Source of the DNA: an uncultured bacterium
GTDB taxonomy: Bacteria > Patescibacteriota > Minisyncoccia > Minisyncoccales > UBA10102
Reading direction: 5' to 3'
Length of the DNA stretch: 64,000 bases
NCBI GenBank assembly: GCA_913054235.1
Contig: CAJXJI010000001.1
Coordinates: forward strand, 6,868 to 70,867
The notes under the pieces are model-generated. The model worked only from the letters and a program-made list of their open reading frames with translations. It was not told the DNA's origin and ran no database searches. Numbering within the stretch: the first letter of the stretch is position 1; each line of letters begins with the position of its first letter. Below, in pieces: positions 46,947 through 56,517 of the stretch. The translations under genes were made by a program, and so were the position numbers.

Positions 46947-47531
46947 CTAAACCTTCTTTTTGACTCTGAATGTTCCCCTTTTTTTTGGAGAAAGATTCCT
47001 CAGAACATCACCTGCCCCTTCTACTGCCCCCACCCAAACATTTACAATTGTTGAGGGCTGCCTCCCATATTTTTTAGCAGTCTCATCTACCCCCAATTCT
47101 TGAAGTGAGCTTAAAAATTCAGCATCAGGAGGTCTACCAGTTTGCCTTGTTTTTCTTGAATCTCCCCTCTTGGAAGGTCCATATCTATCAGAAGCAAAAA
47201 GCTTTTCCCTTTTTTCTCGCTCTTCCCTTAACTCTTCCTCCTGTTCTCTAGTCGCAATTTTCTCTTCGTACTCTCTAAGGGACAACCAAGAAAGCTCTTG
47301 TGCTGCCCCAGAATCTCCCTTTTCTTTTGTATTTCCTGTTGCCTTTATTTCCACCAACTGAAATGCGCGACTAAAATACCCTATCCTCTCCATATTGCTT
47401 TCTTCTGGCCAAACATAGAAATATTCTTCCTGTACTCCCCATGCCGCCCTCGCAATTAAGGAAATATGGAAGAATGCCCGACTCAAACGAAAAGGACTAG
47501 AGCCGCTAAGAACAATTACTTGATTGTCCAT
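46947..47531 (-). CDS. hypothetical protein with C-terminal HTH-like segment
   Basis: AGGAGG SD; LGVDETAKKYGRQPSTIVNVW. Confidence 0.55.
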   Translation of the reverse strand: MDNQVIVLSGSSPFRLSRAFFHISLIARAAWGVQEEYFYVWPEESNMERIGYFSRAFQLVEIKATGNTKEKGDSGAAQELSWLSLREYEEKIATREQEEELREEREKREKLFASDRYGPSKRGDSRKTRQTGRPPDAEFLSSLQELGVDETAKKYGRQPSTIVNVWVGAVEGAGDVLRNLSPKKRGTFRVKKKV

Positions 47532-47606
47532 GTCATTCCTCCTTCTTCTCTTAATTTTTCAAGGATTTCATTGACTTTACTAATTTTACCATTAAACTAG
47601 GTTTGG

Positions 47607-49562
47607 ATGGGATTGTCAACTCAGATGGATAGAATATTGATTGTGGGAATCACCCCCTACTTTTTGGAAAAGGGGTGGCTTTGGTTTGAAGAAAACTTCA
47701 CAAAGATTCTTCAAGCAAGGAAAGGTCAGCTTTTTTTCCAAGAACACACACTTTTTTTAGAGCAAGGACAATCCTTCTCTTTAACAGAGCTTCTGCGTAA
47801 GCTAGACGAGCTTGGATATGAAAAAGTATTTGAGATAAGAGATCCGGGAGAATTCTCGCACCAAGGGGGAATGATTGAGGTTTTTCCTTTAAACAAAAAA
47901 AATGCTCTTAGAATTGAGTTTATAGGAAATAAGATTGAAAGCCTTGAAGAACTTAATATTACCACACAGGAAGAATCTTCTCGCACAGTTTTAAAAAAGC
48001 GACTTTCCTCTCAAAAAGTATTTTCTGATATCACAGGACTTAAGCAAGATGAGTATGTGGTGCACCTGGACCATGGGATAGCAAAGTTTACAGGCATGAG
48101 CGAAATGCATGGGCAATCCTACTATGTTTTGGAATATTTAGCAGGAGACAAACTCTTTTTGCCCAAGGGATTGGAAAAAAAACTCTCGCACTATGTTGGC
48201 TTTATGCAACCTAAGGTTTCTCGCTTAGGTTCTCCTTTTTGGGTAAAAACCAAGCGAAGAATCAAGAATGAGGTAGAGAAGCTCGCAAAAGAACTTCTTG
48301 CCTTATATGCCCAAAGAGAAGTTTCTTTGCGTCCTCCCTACAACCCTCCAGAAGAACTTTCCTTTAGCGTTCAAGAAAGCTTTCCCTTTGAGGAAACACC
48401 GGACCAACTTCAAGCATTAAAAGACATTGAAAACGACTTCTTAAAAGAAGAGCCCATGGACAGAATCGTAGTGGGCGATGTAGGATTTGGAAAAACAGAA
48501 ATTGCTTTGCGGTCCATGGTACGCGCAACAGAACAAGGATATCAAGCTGCTCTCCTTGCTCCCACTACAATTTTGGCTTACCAGCATTTTTCAAACTTCA
48601 GAAAGCGCCTTAAGGGACTCCCTATTAATATAGTCCTCTTATCTCGTTTACAAACAAAAAAAGAACAAGACAAGATCCTGAAATATATCAAAGAAGGAAA
48701 AACAGATATTATTATTGGAACCCATCGTCTCTTGTCTAACGATATTGAGTTTCACAAGCTCGGATTCCTGGTAATTGATGATGAGCAAAGATTTGGCGTA
48801 AAACAAAAAGAAAAACTCAGGCAACTAAGAACTTCCTTGGATATGCTTTCCCTTTCTGCAACTCCAATTCCCCGCACCCTATACATGTCCCTTTCTTCTT
48901 TAAAGGGTATGAGCATGGTGCAAACTCCCCCCGAAGGAAGATTCCCGGTCTCTTTGGTTGTTTGTAAAAGAAATGACAAGGTTATTAAAGAAGCAATAGA
49001 ACAGGAATTAAAAAGAAAAGGGCAGGTGTATTATCTGCACAATAGAATTGGAACCATTGCCATGGTAAAAAATAGGTTGGAAAAGCTCATACCCAAAGCA
49101 AAGATAGTAATTATTCATGGACGCCTTGGCGAAAAAGAACTTATACGCGTTATGGACGAATTTGAAAAAAAGCATTACGATATCTTGGTTGCAACTACTA
49201 TTATTGAAAACGGGCTAGACCTTCCCAATGTAAATACTTTAATTGTAGAAGATGCAACAAAGTTGGGACTTGCGCAGGCTTACCAAATTAGGGGACGCAT
49301 TGGAAGATCGCATATCAAATCCTTTGCCTGGTTCCTTCATGGTTCCAATGTTCAAACTAAAGCACAACTTAGATTACAAGCCCTGCAAGAATCCAGCGAA
49401 CTTGGTTCTGGATACAAGATTGCCTTGCGAGACATGGAAATTCGAGGAGCAGGAAACATTTTGGGCAAAGAACAATCTGGTAACGTGAATATTGTTGGAT
49501 TAAACCTCTATTGCCAAATGCTTGCTGAAGCGGTTGAAAAGATGAAGAATAGAGATACATGA
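47607..49562 (+). CDS. mfd: shortened transcription-repair coupling factor
   Basis: LDELGY..PGEFS..GGMIEVFP (UvrB-like), VVHLDHGIAKF (RID/CarD), GDVGFGKT, DEQRFG, SATPIPRT, QIRGRIGR, DMEIRGAGN. Confidence 0.88.
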   Translation: MGLSTQMDRILIVGITPYFLEKGWLWFEENFTKILQARKGQLFFQEHTLFLEQGQSFSLTELLRKLDELGYEKVFEIRDPGEFSHQGGMIEVFPLNKKNALRIEFIGNKIESLEELNITTQEESSRTVLKKRLSSQKVFSDITGLKQDEYVVHLDHGIAKFTGMSEMHGQSYYVLEYLAGDKLFLPKGLEKKLSHYVGFMQPKVSRLGSPFWVKTKRRIKNEVEKLAKELLALYAQREVSLRPPYNPPEELSFSVQESFPFEETPDQLQALKDIENDFLKEEPMDRIVVGDVGFGKTEIALRSMVRATEQGYQAALLAPTTILAYQHFSNFRKRLKGLPINIVLLSRLQTKKEQDKILKYIKEGKTDIIIGTHRLLSNDIEFHKLGFLVIDDEQRFGVKQKEKLRQLRTSLDMLSLSATPIPRTLYMSLSSLKGMSMVQTPPEGRFPVSLVVCKRNDKVIKEAIEQELKRKGQVYYLHNRIGTIAMVKNRLEKLIPKAKIVIIHGRLGEKELIRVMDEFEKKHYDILVATTIIENGLDLPNVNTLIVEDATKLGLAQAYQIRGRIGRSHIKSFAWFLHGSNVQTKAQLRLQALQESSELGSGYKIALRDMEIRGAGNILGKEQSGNVNIVGLNLYCQMLAEAVEKMKNRDT

Positions 49563-51601
49563 AATTAATTGTAGTAGAAAGCCCTGCAAAGGGCAGAACA
49601 ATTGAATCGTTTCTTGGGAAAGAGTACAAGGTGCTTTCTTCTTACGGACACATACGAGACCTTCCTAAGGGGAAGCTTGGTATTGACGTGGAAAAAGATT
49701 TTGAACCAACATATGTTATCCCTACCAAAGCAAGAAAAACTGCTACCTCTTTAAAAAACGCTGCTAAGAAAGCAACCGAAGTTATTTTAGCTACTGATGA
49801 GGACCGAGAAGGTGAAGCAATTGCGTGGCATTTAGCTGAGCTGTTGGATTTAAAAAATCCAGAGCGTATTGTATTTCATGAAATCACAAAAACAGCAATT
49901 GAGGAGGCACTCAAAAATCCAAGGAGCATTGATCATAATAAAGTAGAAGCTCAGCAGGCAAGAAGAATTCTGGATCGCTTAGTTGGATACAACCTCTCTC
50001 CTTTTTTATGGAAAAAGGTTTCCCGAGGCTTAAGTGCAGGAAGAGTGCAGTCTGTTGTGGTGCGTCTCATAGCTGACCGAGAGGAAGAGATTAACAAATT
50101 TATTGCACAAGAATATTGGAGTATTGAAGCTGATTTTATAAAAGATAAAAAAGTCTTTCGAGGGTTCTTACAAAAAGAGAATGGCAAGGCCATAGAGAAA
50201 TTAAGCATTAAAGATAAAAAAGAGGCAGATGAAATTATAAAGAACCTCAAAGAAGCAGACTACAAGGTGACGCAAATTGAGCAAAAGGAAGTAAAACGAA
50301 ATCCCCTTCCCCCTTTTACCACCTCTACTCTGCAACAAGCCTCAGGACAAAGACTGCACTTTCCGGCAAAACTCACCATGCAAATGGCCCAACAATTGTA
50401 TGAACAGGGCCTTATTACCTATCATCGAACAGACTCTGTAAGTCTTTCCCAGGTCTCTTTGAGCGGCGCAAAGACATTTCTTCAAAAAACATATGGCGCA
50501 CAGTACTGGCCGGGATTTCAAAGAACCTTCAAAACCAAGTCTAAAGGAGCTCAAGAAGCTCACGAGGCAATTCGTCCCACAGATGTTCAAAAGACTCCAG
50601 AGGCTCTTTTGCTTACGGGTCCTAAAGCAAAACTATACACATTAATATGGCAAAGATTTCTTGCTTCGCAAATGGCGCCTGCCCTGGTGGACGCAACCAG
50701 TATAGATATTAGCGCTGTAAATTATACTTTTCGCGTAACAGGCCAAATGTTAAAGTTTGATGGTTTTTTAAAAGTCTATCCTATACAGTTTGAAGAAGCA
50801 GAGCTCCCCTTACTTAAAAAAGGAGAAGTACTTTCGCTGCAAGAACTTCTTTCCTTGCAACACTTTACCCAACCTCCAGCAAGATATACTGAAGCCTCAC
50901 TTATTAAAACTTTAGAGGAAAACGGTATTGGAAGGCCCTCCACCTATGCTCCAACCCTTTCCACTGTCCAGGACAGAGGATATATTGTAAAAGATGAAAA
51001 GCGCCGTCTTGCTCCAACTGAACTTGGTCAGGTTGTAAATACTATAATGACAGAACACTTTCCAAATATTGTAGATGTTGGATTTACCGCAAGCATGGAG
51101 GAAGGCTTGGACGAAATCGCACAAGGAAAAAAGGAATGGGTTCCTATGCTGCAAGAATTCTATGGTCCTTTTAGCTTAAACCTTCAAAAAAAATACGAAG
51201 AAGTTCAAAAAAAAGACTTAATAGAAGTTGTTGAAGATAAAAAGTGTCCTGAATGCCAAGCCTCCATGGTCATACGCTTTGGAAGATATGGTAAGTTCTA
51301 TGCTTGTAGCAAATTTCCTGAGTGTCGCCACACAGAACCACTGGAAAAGAATAAACCAAAATCACTTGGTATCACTTGCCCTAAATGTAAGGAAGGAGAT
51401 ATCGTGGCAAAGCCAACCAAACGAGGCAAAATCTTCTATGGATGCAGCAAGTACCCTGATTGCGACTTTGCCCTGTGGGATAAGCCAACAGGAGAAGTCT
51501 GCAAGGAATGTGGCACCCTATTAATAGAGACCAAGAAGGGTAAAGTTAAATGCTCCAACAAAGAGTGTAGGAGTTTACAAAAGAAAGAAAAATCAGTATA
51601 G
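49559..51601 (+). CDS. topA: DNA topoisomerase I
   Basis: VESPAK, DEDREGE, SAGRVQS, ITYHRTD, GIGRPST, C-terminal zinc ribbons. Confidence 0.97.
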   Translation: MKLIVVESPAKGRTIESFLGKEYKVLSSYGHIRDLPKGKLGIDVEKDFEPTYVIPTKARKTATSLKNAAKKATEVILATDEDREGEAIAWHLAELLDLKNPERIVFHEITKTAIEEALKNPRSIDHNKVEAQQARRILDRLVGYNLSPFLWKKVSRGLSAGRVQSVVVRLIADREEEINKFIAQEYWSIEADFIKDKKVFRGFLQKENGKAIEKLSIKDKKEADEIIKNLKEADYKVTQIEQKEVKRNPLPPFTTSTLQQASGQRLHFPAKLTMQMAQQLYEQGLITYHRTDSVSLSQVSLSGAKTFLQKTYGAQYWPGFQRTFKTKSKGAQEAHEAIRPTDVQKTPEALLLTGPKAKLYTLIWQRFLASQMAPALVDATSIDISAVNYTFRVTGQMLKFDGFLKVYPIQFEEAELPLLKKGEVLSLQELLSLQHFTQPPARYTEASLIKTLEENGIGRPSTYAPTLSTVQDRGYIVKDEKRRLAPTELGQVVNTIMTEHFPNIVDVGFTASMEEGLDEIAQGKKEWVPMLQEFYGPFSLNLQKKYEEVQKKDLIEVVEDKKCPECQASMVIRFGRYGKFYACSKFPECRHTEPLEKNKPKSLGITCPKCKEGDIVAKPTKRGKIFYGCSKYPDCDFALWDKPTGEVCKECGTLLIETKKGKVKCSNKECRSLQKKEKSV

Positions 51602-51615
51602 TATACCAGAAACTT

Positions 51616-51699
51616 GCCTGGGTGGCGGAACTGGCAGACGCACAGGACTCAAAATCCTGCGAGGGCAACCTCATGAGAGTTCAAGTCTCTCCCCAGGCA
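51616..51699 (+). tRNA. tRNA-Leu (CAA)
   Basis: GCCTGGG/CCCAGGC acceptor stem, D-loop GG, CAGGA-CTCAAAA-TCCTG anticodon arm, long variable arm, GTTCAAG T-loop; CCA not encoded. Confidence 0.95.
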
Positions 51700-52155
51700 C
51701 TATTTAAAGAATCTTTTAGATAGTTTCACTACAAGAAATGCAGAAGCAATCCCTATAGCAGCTCCTGCAAAAATATCTGAAGGCCAGTGAAGAAAAGCAA
51801 GGACTCGCGCGCCAGAAAGAATTGTAGCTCCCAGCAAGAATAGAATTCCTGCCTTTTTGTTATAAAAATACAAAATTGCTCCTAATGCAAAAAAGAACGT
51901 TGCGTGTCCCGAAGGAAAAGAAGAAGAAGCTGTATGTTCAATTAAAGGCGCCATATTGTTTTCAATGAATGGACGGGGCCTGTCCCAAAAAAGTCGCACT
52001 GCCTCTGTAATAATCCCTCGAGAAAGAATAGCAGCCACAATTACTTGCCATAAAAACTTTGGGTGCTTTTTTTTGTTTTGCCACCAAAACACCAAAAATC
52101 CTGCAATGAGGATATAGGCAAGGTATTCTCCTAAAAAAATAATGATACTATTCAT
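51700..52155 (-). CDS. PAP2-family phosphatase (undecaprenyl-diphosphatase BcrC-like)
   Basis: RPRPF, SFPSGH, RV...HWPSDI. Confidence 0.88.
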   Translation of the reverse strand: MNSIIIFLGEYLAYILIAGFLVFWWQNKKKHPKFLWQVIVAAILSRGIITEAVRLFWDRPRPFIENNMAPLIEHTASSSFPSGHATFFFALGAILYFYNKKAGILFLLGATILSGARVLAFLHWPSDIFAGAAIGIASAFLVVKLSKRFFK

Positions 52156-52963
52156 TTATCAAAAAGAGGTTTTGAAATAAACAGGCAACAGTTAAGGGGC
52201 CCACTCCTCCAGGAACTGGAGTAATAAAGCTTGCTCTCTTTGCAACACTCTCAAAATCCACATCTCCCTTGCTGCTTCCCCCTTCAACTGAAGTTCCAGC
52301 ATCAATTACCACAGCCCCTTTCTTTACCATCTTTCCTGTTATGAGGCCTGGCTTCCCAACTCCTGAAATAATAATATCAGCTTTTGCAATTATCTGTGAA
52401 GCATTCCTCGTTTCCTTTTGCACCAGAGAAATAATGGCTCCCTGATGCGCCAGCCACAAGGCTGTTGGTAATCCCACTAAACGTCCTACTCCAACAACTA
52501 CAACCTTCCTTCCTTCAAGCTTCTTTTTAGTCTCGCGGAGCAGCAATGCAATGGCACCTACCGTAGGAGGCATGATAGGTAATACACCCAAGGCAAAGGC
52601 AGAAAAAGATACGGAAGATAGCACATCTACATCCTTTTCTTTTAGAATTGAGTCTAAGATATTTTGAGTATTAAAACGCTTTGGCAAAGGAAGCTGCACA
52701 ATCATGCCACTAACCTTTTTATCTCTACCTATTTTCTCTATACGTTTTTTAAGATCTGCCTGGGAAATACTTGAAGGAAGTAGAACTAAACGAAACACAA
52801 CACCAAGCTCTTTTGCAATTTTTCCTTTTTCCTCAATGTATTTTTTAGATACTAAATTATCTCCAACCTGAATTACGCAAAGACAAAGATTCTTCTTTCG
52901 CTTTTTCTTTAAGTTAGCAAGGATGCGCTTTGCAATAGGCGCGCCAGATAGAATATGGGCCAT
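52148..52963 (-). CDS. folD: methylenetetrahydrofolate dehydrogenase/cyclohydrolase
   Basis: VQLPLP, KDVD, IDAG, GDVD, TPVPGGVGPLT. Confidence 0.93.
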   Translation of the reverse strand: MAHILSGAPIAKRILANLKKKRKKNLCLCVIQVGDNLVSKKYIEEKGKIAKELGVVFRLVLLPSSISQADLKKRIEKIGRDKKVSGMIVQLPLPKRFNTQNILDSILKEKDVDVLSSVSFSAFALGVLPIMPPTVGAIALLLRETKKKLEGRKVVVVGVGRLVGLPTALWLAHQGAIISLVQKETRNASQIIAKADIIISGVGKPGLITGKMVKKGAVVIDAGTSVEGGSSKGDVDFESVAKRASFITPVPGGVGPLTVACLFQNLFLINE

Positions 52964-52983
52964 ATTTTTTAGCTTCCTTAAAA

Positions 52984-54318
52984 TTAGTAAGGAAGAGGAA
53001 ACTTCCTGCAAAACTCCTTAATTTCTTTTTGTATATCCTTGAGAACCTGGTTGTTTAAAATATCCTTTTTAAATTGTTTTATCTGCAACACGCGTTCTTT
53101 TTTATCTTCTAGAAGACGATAATCTTTTACTTCTTGCAACGCCCTTACAATCCATTCTGCAATTTTTTTCATATCCTTTTCCTTCATTCCTCTTGTGGTA
53201 ATAGCTGGGGTACCAAGACGAACTCCGCTTGGGTAAAAAGGAGAAGAAGGATCTTGTGGGACGGTATTCTTGTTTGCCGTAATACCAGCTCTCTCTAAAG
53301 CTTCTTCTAAAAATACTCCATGCCCCTTCCCATAGGCAGTAAGATCAAGAAGCATAAGGTGATTTTCTGTACCTCCAGAAACAATCTTTACCCCTTTTTC
53401 AGTTAATGCCTCTGCAAGAACCTTTGCGTTTTTCACAACCTGGTGCCCATATTCTTTAAACTCCGGGGTCATGGCCTCCTTTAGCGCCACAGCAATAGCT
53501 GCTGTTTGATGGTTATGGGGACCAGCTTGAACACCAGCAGGAAATACTGCTTTATCTATCTTTTTTGCTAAATCTGGATCTTTATCCAGGCCCTTTTGAG
53601 TTACCATAACAATTGCTCCTCTTGGACCCCGCAGGGTCTTGTGCGTTGTAGTAGTAATAATATGAACATATGGCGCAGGATTTGGATGAGCTCCAGCTAT
53701 CACTAATCCTGCAACATGAGCAATATCAGCTACCAAATACGCCCCTACCTCATCTGCGATCTCTGCCATTTCTTTGAAAGGAAAGAGCTTTGGATAGGCA
53801 GATGCTCCTACCCAAATAAGTTTTGGCTTATTCTCTTTTGCTATCTTCATTACTTTTTTAAAATCAATTGAACCATCCTGCTCAACATAGTACGGAACAC
53901 TCTTGTAGAATTTAGAGGAGAAAGTTCCCTTTGCTCCATGAGTTAAATGCCCGCCATCAGCTAAGTTCTGACCCATAATGACTTCTCCTAGCTCACACAC
54001 CGCAAGATACACTGCTGTATTCGCTGGACTCCCAGACAAAGGCTGTACATTAGCATGGGGTACCAAAAAAGCCTGCTTTACTCGTTCAATTGCAAGATTC
54101 TCTACCTTGTCTATAATATCGTTTCCTGCGTAGTATCTCTTGCCAGGATATCCTTCAGAATATTTATCGGTAAGTATGGAGCCCAAAGCCTCCAGCACTG
54201 CCAAAGACGTGTGGTTTTCAGAAGGAATCATTTCCAGGCCATCTTTTCTTCGTTGCAACTCTTCTTTAATGAATCCTGCAATTTCTGGATCTTGCTTTTG
54301 TAAATTGTCTTTTTTCAT
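52984..54318 (-). CDS. glyA: serine hydroxymethyltransferase
   Basis: IPSEN, KYSEGYPGKRYY, GGHLTHG, TTTHKTLRGPRG, GVRLGTPA. Confidence 0.97.
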   Translation of the reverse strand: MKKDNLQKQDPEIAGFIKEELQRRKDGLEMIPSENHTSLAVLEALGSILTDKYSEGYPGKRYYAGNDIIDKVENLAIERVKQAFLVPHANVQPLSGSPANTAVYLAVCELGEVIMGQNLADGGHLTHGAKGTFSSKFYKSVPYYVEQDGSIDFKKVMKIAKENKPKLIWVGASAYPKLFPFKEMAEIADEVGAYLVADIAHVAGLVIAGAHPNPAPYVHIITTTTHKTLRGPRGAIVMVTQKGLDKDPDLAKKIDKAVFPAGVQAGPHNHQTAAIAVALKEAMTPEFKEYGHQVVKNAKVLAEALTEKGVKIVSGGTENHLMLLDLTAYGKGHGVFLEEALERAGITANKNTVPQDPSSPFYPSGVRLGTPAITTRGMKEKDMKKIAEWIVRALQEVKDYRLLEDKKERVLQIKQFKKDILNNQVLKDIQKEIKEFCRKFPLPY

Positions 54319-54320
54319 TA

Positions 54321-55514
54321 TTACAGTGAAAACTTTGGTATTTTACCTGCAAACATAAATCCTAAAGATAATACTGCTGCACCAAAGAAAATACCATTAA
54401 TTGGCAGTAAAGGAAAGACCCAAAACACTAAGGCTGCCAACCCTAAAAATATAAAACGCGTAACATTTATAATGATCTCTCTGTTTACAATGAACTCATC
54501 GGCTTCCTCTCCCTTTTCCGCTGCCTTTTCATAGAAAAAGGTTTGAAAAGGAACTGCAGCAGCAGATCTTGAAAGACGATACAGCGTATGGGCAAGAAAG
54601 GCATCAAAGGTGGTAGCAATGAAATATTTAATAATCCAAGAAATACTCGTCCACAAGGCCCCTACATTTAAAAGCCAAGGGCGCTCTGTTGTATCTGAAA
54701 CTTTACCGATATACAGCATAAACAAAGAAGAAATAACCAAGGAAAAAGACGCAATGGCCCCCATAGATTCAAATGTAACCGCAAGAGAAAACAAAAATAA
54801 CGGCCAAAATATAGAAACAACTATTACCTCAAGGCCATTTGAAATAAAAGCAATACTTGTTTTAATGTTTTCTTTTTTCCATGCTCGTTTCCACGCCCCT
54901 TTATATGAATCGATATATACCTCATGAGTTTCTTTAGCGTACAGTAATGGAATAATAGAAGTGAGCAATACCACAAGTACCACTGCAAACAGCACAGGAT
55001 ATCCAAACAGCACGAGTATCCATCCTCCAAGAATAGGGCTTACAATCATGGGTAAAAGGCGCATCACATTAAGTTTCCCTACATCTTTTCCTCTGCTTTC
55101 TTTTGAAGAAAAACGGGCAAAGTCAGTATGAAATGCAGGCCAGAACAAAAGTAATCCAAAAATAATAAGCAGAACAGAAAGAGGAACAAACCAAAAAGAA
55201 ACGGGGAACAAAAACAAAGAAAGAAAATATCCAAAGTAGAAAAACAAGCTTACAAGAATGGATTTAGTAGGTCCTATCCTTGCCATTATCCTGCCTCCAA
55301 AAGGAGCGAGTACTCCATACGCTCCATATATGATGGCAAAGAATACAAGGGTAAGGGGTAAAGATTTATCAAAATACAAATAAAGATATATTGGCTCAAA
55401 CAATACCACCATACCTAAAGCCAGATTGCGAATGGACATTGCAATATAAAACTTGCTCACGTCTCTCTTTAAAAGATAGTCAAAATAGTGATGTGGGTTT
55501 AAAGAAAGAATCAT
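54321..55514 (-). CDS. MFS transporter
   Basis: ~12 hydrophobic segments, GRIMARIG and GKVSD loop motifs. Confidence 0.8.
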   Translation of the reverse strand: MILSLNPHHYFDYLLKRDVSKFYIAMSIRNLALGMVVLFEPIYLYLYFDKSLPLTLVFFAIIYGAYGVLAPFGGRIMARIGPTKSILVSLFFYFGYFLSLFLFPVSFWFVPLSVLLIIFGLLLFWPAFHTDFARFSSKESRGKDVGKLNVMRLLPMIVSPILGGWILVLFGYPVLFAVVLVVLLTSIIPLLYAKETHEVYIDSYKGAWKRAWKKENIKTSIAFISNGLEVIVVSIFWPLFLFSLAVTFESMGAIASFSLVISSLFMLYIGKVSDTTERPWLLNVGALWTSISWIIKYFIATTFDAFLAHTLYRLSRSAAAVPFQTFFYEKAAEKGEEADEFIVNREIIINVTRFIFLGLAALVFWVFPLLPINGIFFGAAVLSLGFMFAGKIPKFSL

Positions 55515-55520
55515 AGAAAA

Positions 55521-56111
55521 TTATTTGCGTAAAACTTTTGGTTTTGTTTTTGTAATATCAATTACTTTTGAGGGACGAGGATAAGGGAGTTTTCCTGCAT
55601 CAATGACTATATCTGGCTTATGCTTTCTTCTGTCAAATACCTCTATTATATCTTTACTATCAGCCAGAGAAGGTTTCCTTGCAAGATTAGCTGAAGTTCC
55701 TGTTAAGGGAATATCTATTTCTTTTAAGATTGCCTGAATAAACTTGTGCTTTGGAATACGAATACCAATAAATTCTTTTGTTCCGGTTTCTTTTGGCAAC
55801 ACTCCTTTGCTTTTTAAAATCAAGGTTGTCTTTCCTGGCCAAACCTTCTTCATATACTTTCCTTGCAAAAGAGAAACCTTTGCAAGGATTTTTGCCATAA
55901 CAATGTCTTTTACAAAAATTGGCAGAGGCTTCCCCTTTTCTCTTCCTTTTATTAAAAACACTTTTTGCACGGCTTTTCTGTTCGTAGCATTTGCCAACAA
56001 TCCATAGACCGTATCTGTGGGGCAAACAATAACTCCTCCATTTTGTAAAACATCCAAGGCAATCTTAACTTCTTTTTTAAAACTCTTTTTTGAGAGTACG
56101 ATAACTTTCAT
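55521..56111 (-). CDS. tsaC: L-threonylcarbamoyladenylate synthase (TsaC/YrdC)
   Basis: PTDTVYGL, KGR...KPL, WPG..T, GIRIP, TSAN; start trimmed to MKVIV. Confidence 0.92.
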   Translation of the reverse strand: MKVIVLSKKSFKKEVKIALDVLQNGGVIVCPTDTVYGLLANATNRKAVQKVFLIKGREKGKPLPIFVKDIVMAKILAKVSLLQGKYMKKVWPGKTTLILKSKGVLPKETGTKEFIGIRIPKHKFIQAILKEIDIPLTGTSANLARKPSLADSKDIIEVFDRRKHKPDIVIDAGKLPYPRPSKVIDITKTKPKVLRK

Positions 56112-56136
56112 TCCATAGTATATCAGTTTTTCAACT

Positions 56137-56472
56137 AAAAGAAAAAAGCTCATGAGGAGCCCTTCGAATGTGCTGTATGAGGTGTCACCCTCCCTGTTTG
56201 GGCAGAGTAACACCTTAAGAAGGATATCCCTGGAGAGCGCTAAGGCAAAACACGCTCCAGAAAAAATGCTAAAAAGTGCTTTGCTTCACCCTCCCTTTCC
56301 CACTAAGGAGAGTGAAGCAGGAAGAGAACCTCCCGGAAGGAAAGATCCTCAAAAATGCGGAGGGGGGAGAGCATTGCCTCATCGTGCTACCGTAGCAAAA
56401 ATAAGACAAACCTCTACCTGGGAATGTGGAAATGAGCACCCTCCTGACTAACATAAAAAACTACTCAATTAT
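56137..56472 (-). ncRNA. candidate ~330-nt structured non-coding RNA
   Basis: Promoter TTGACA(56501-06)-16-TAAGAT; several long G-U-containing stems; three GGAGGGUG copies; terminator GCUC-cucau-GAGC-U6. Confidence 0.5.
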
Positions 56473-56517
56473 TATCCTATCTTACGCTCTTTATGCTTCT
56501 TGTCAAACAGAAGAACT

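Noticed and set aside
56165-56195. GGGUGACACC before a terminator resembling a T-box antiterminator
   Set aside because: Lacks the UGGN bulge and recognisable stem I motifs; downstream gene has its own promoter
56310-56350. GAAGCAG and CCGGAAGGAA segments resembling SRP RNA domain IV
   Set aside because: Elements are in the wrong order and do not form the CAGG-GRAA-AGCAG hairpin
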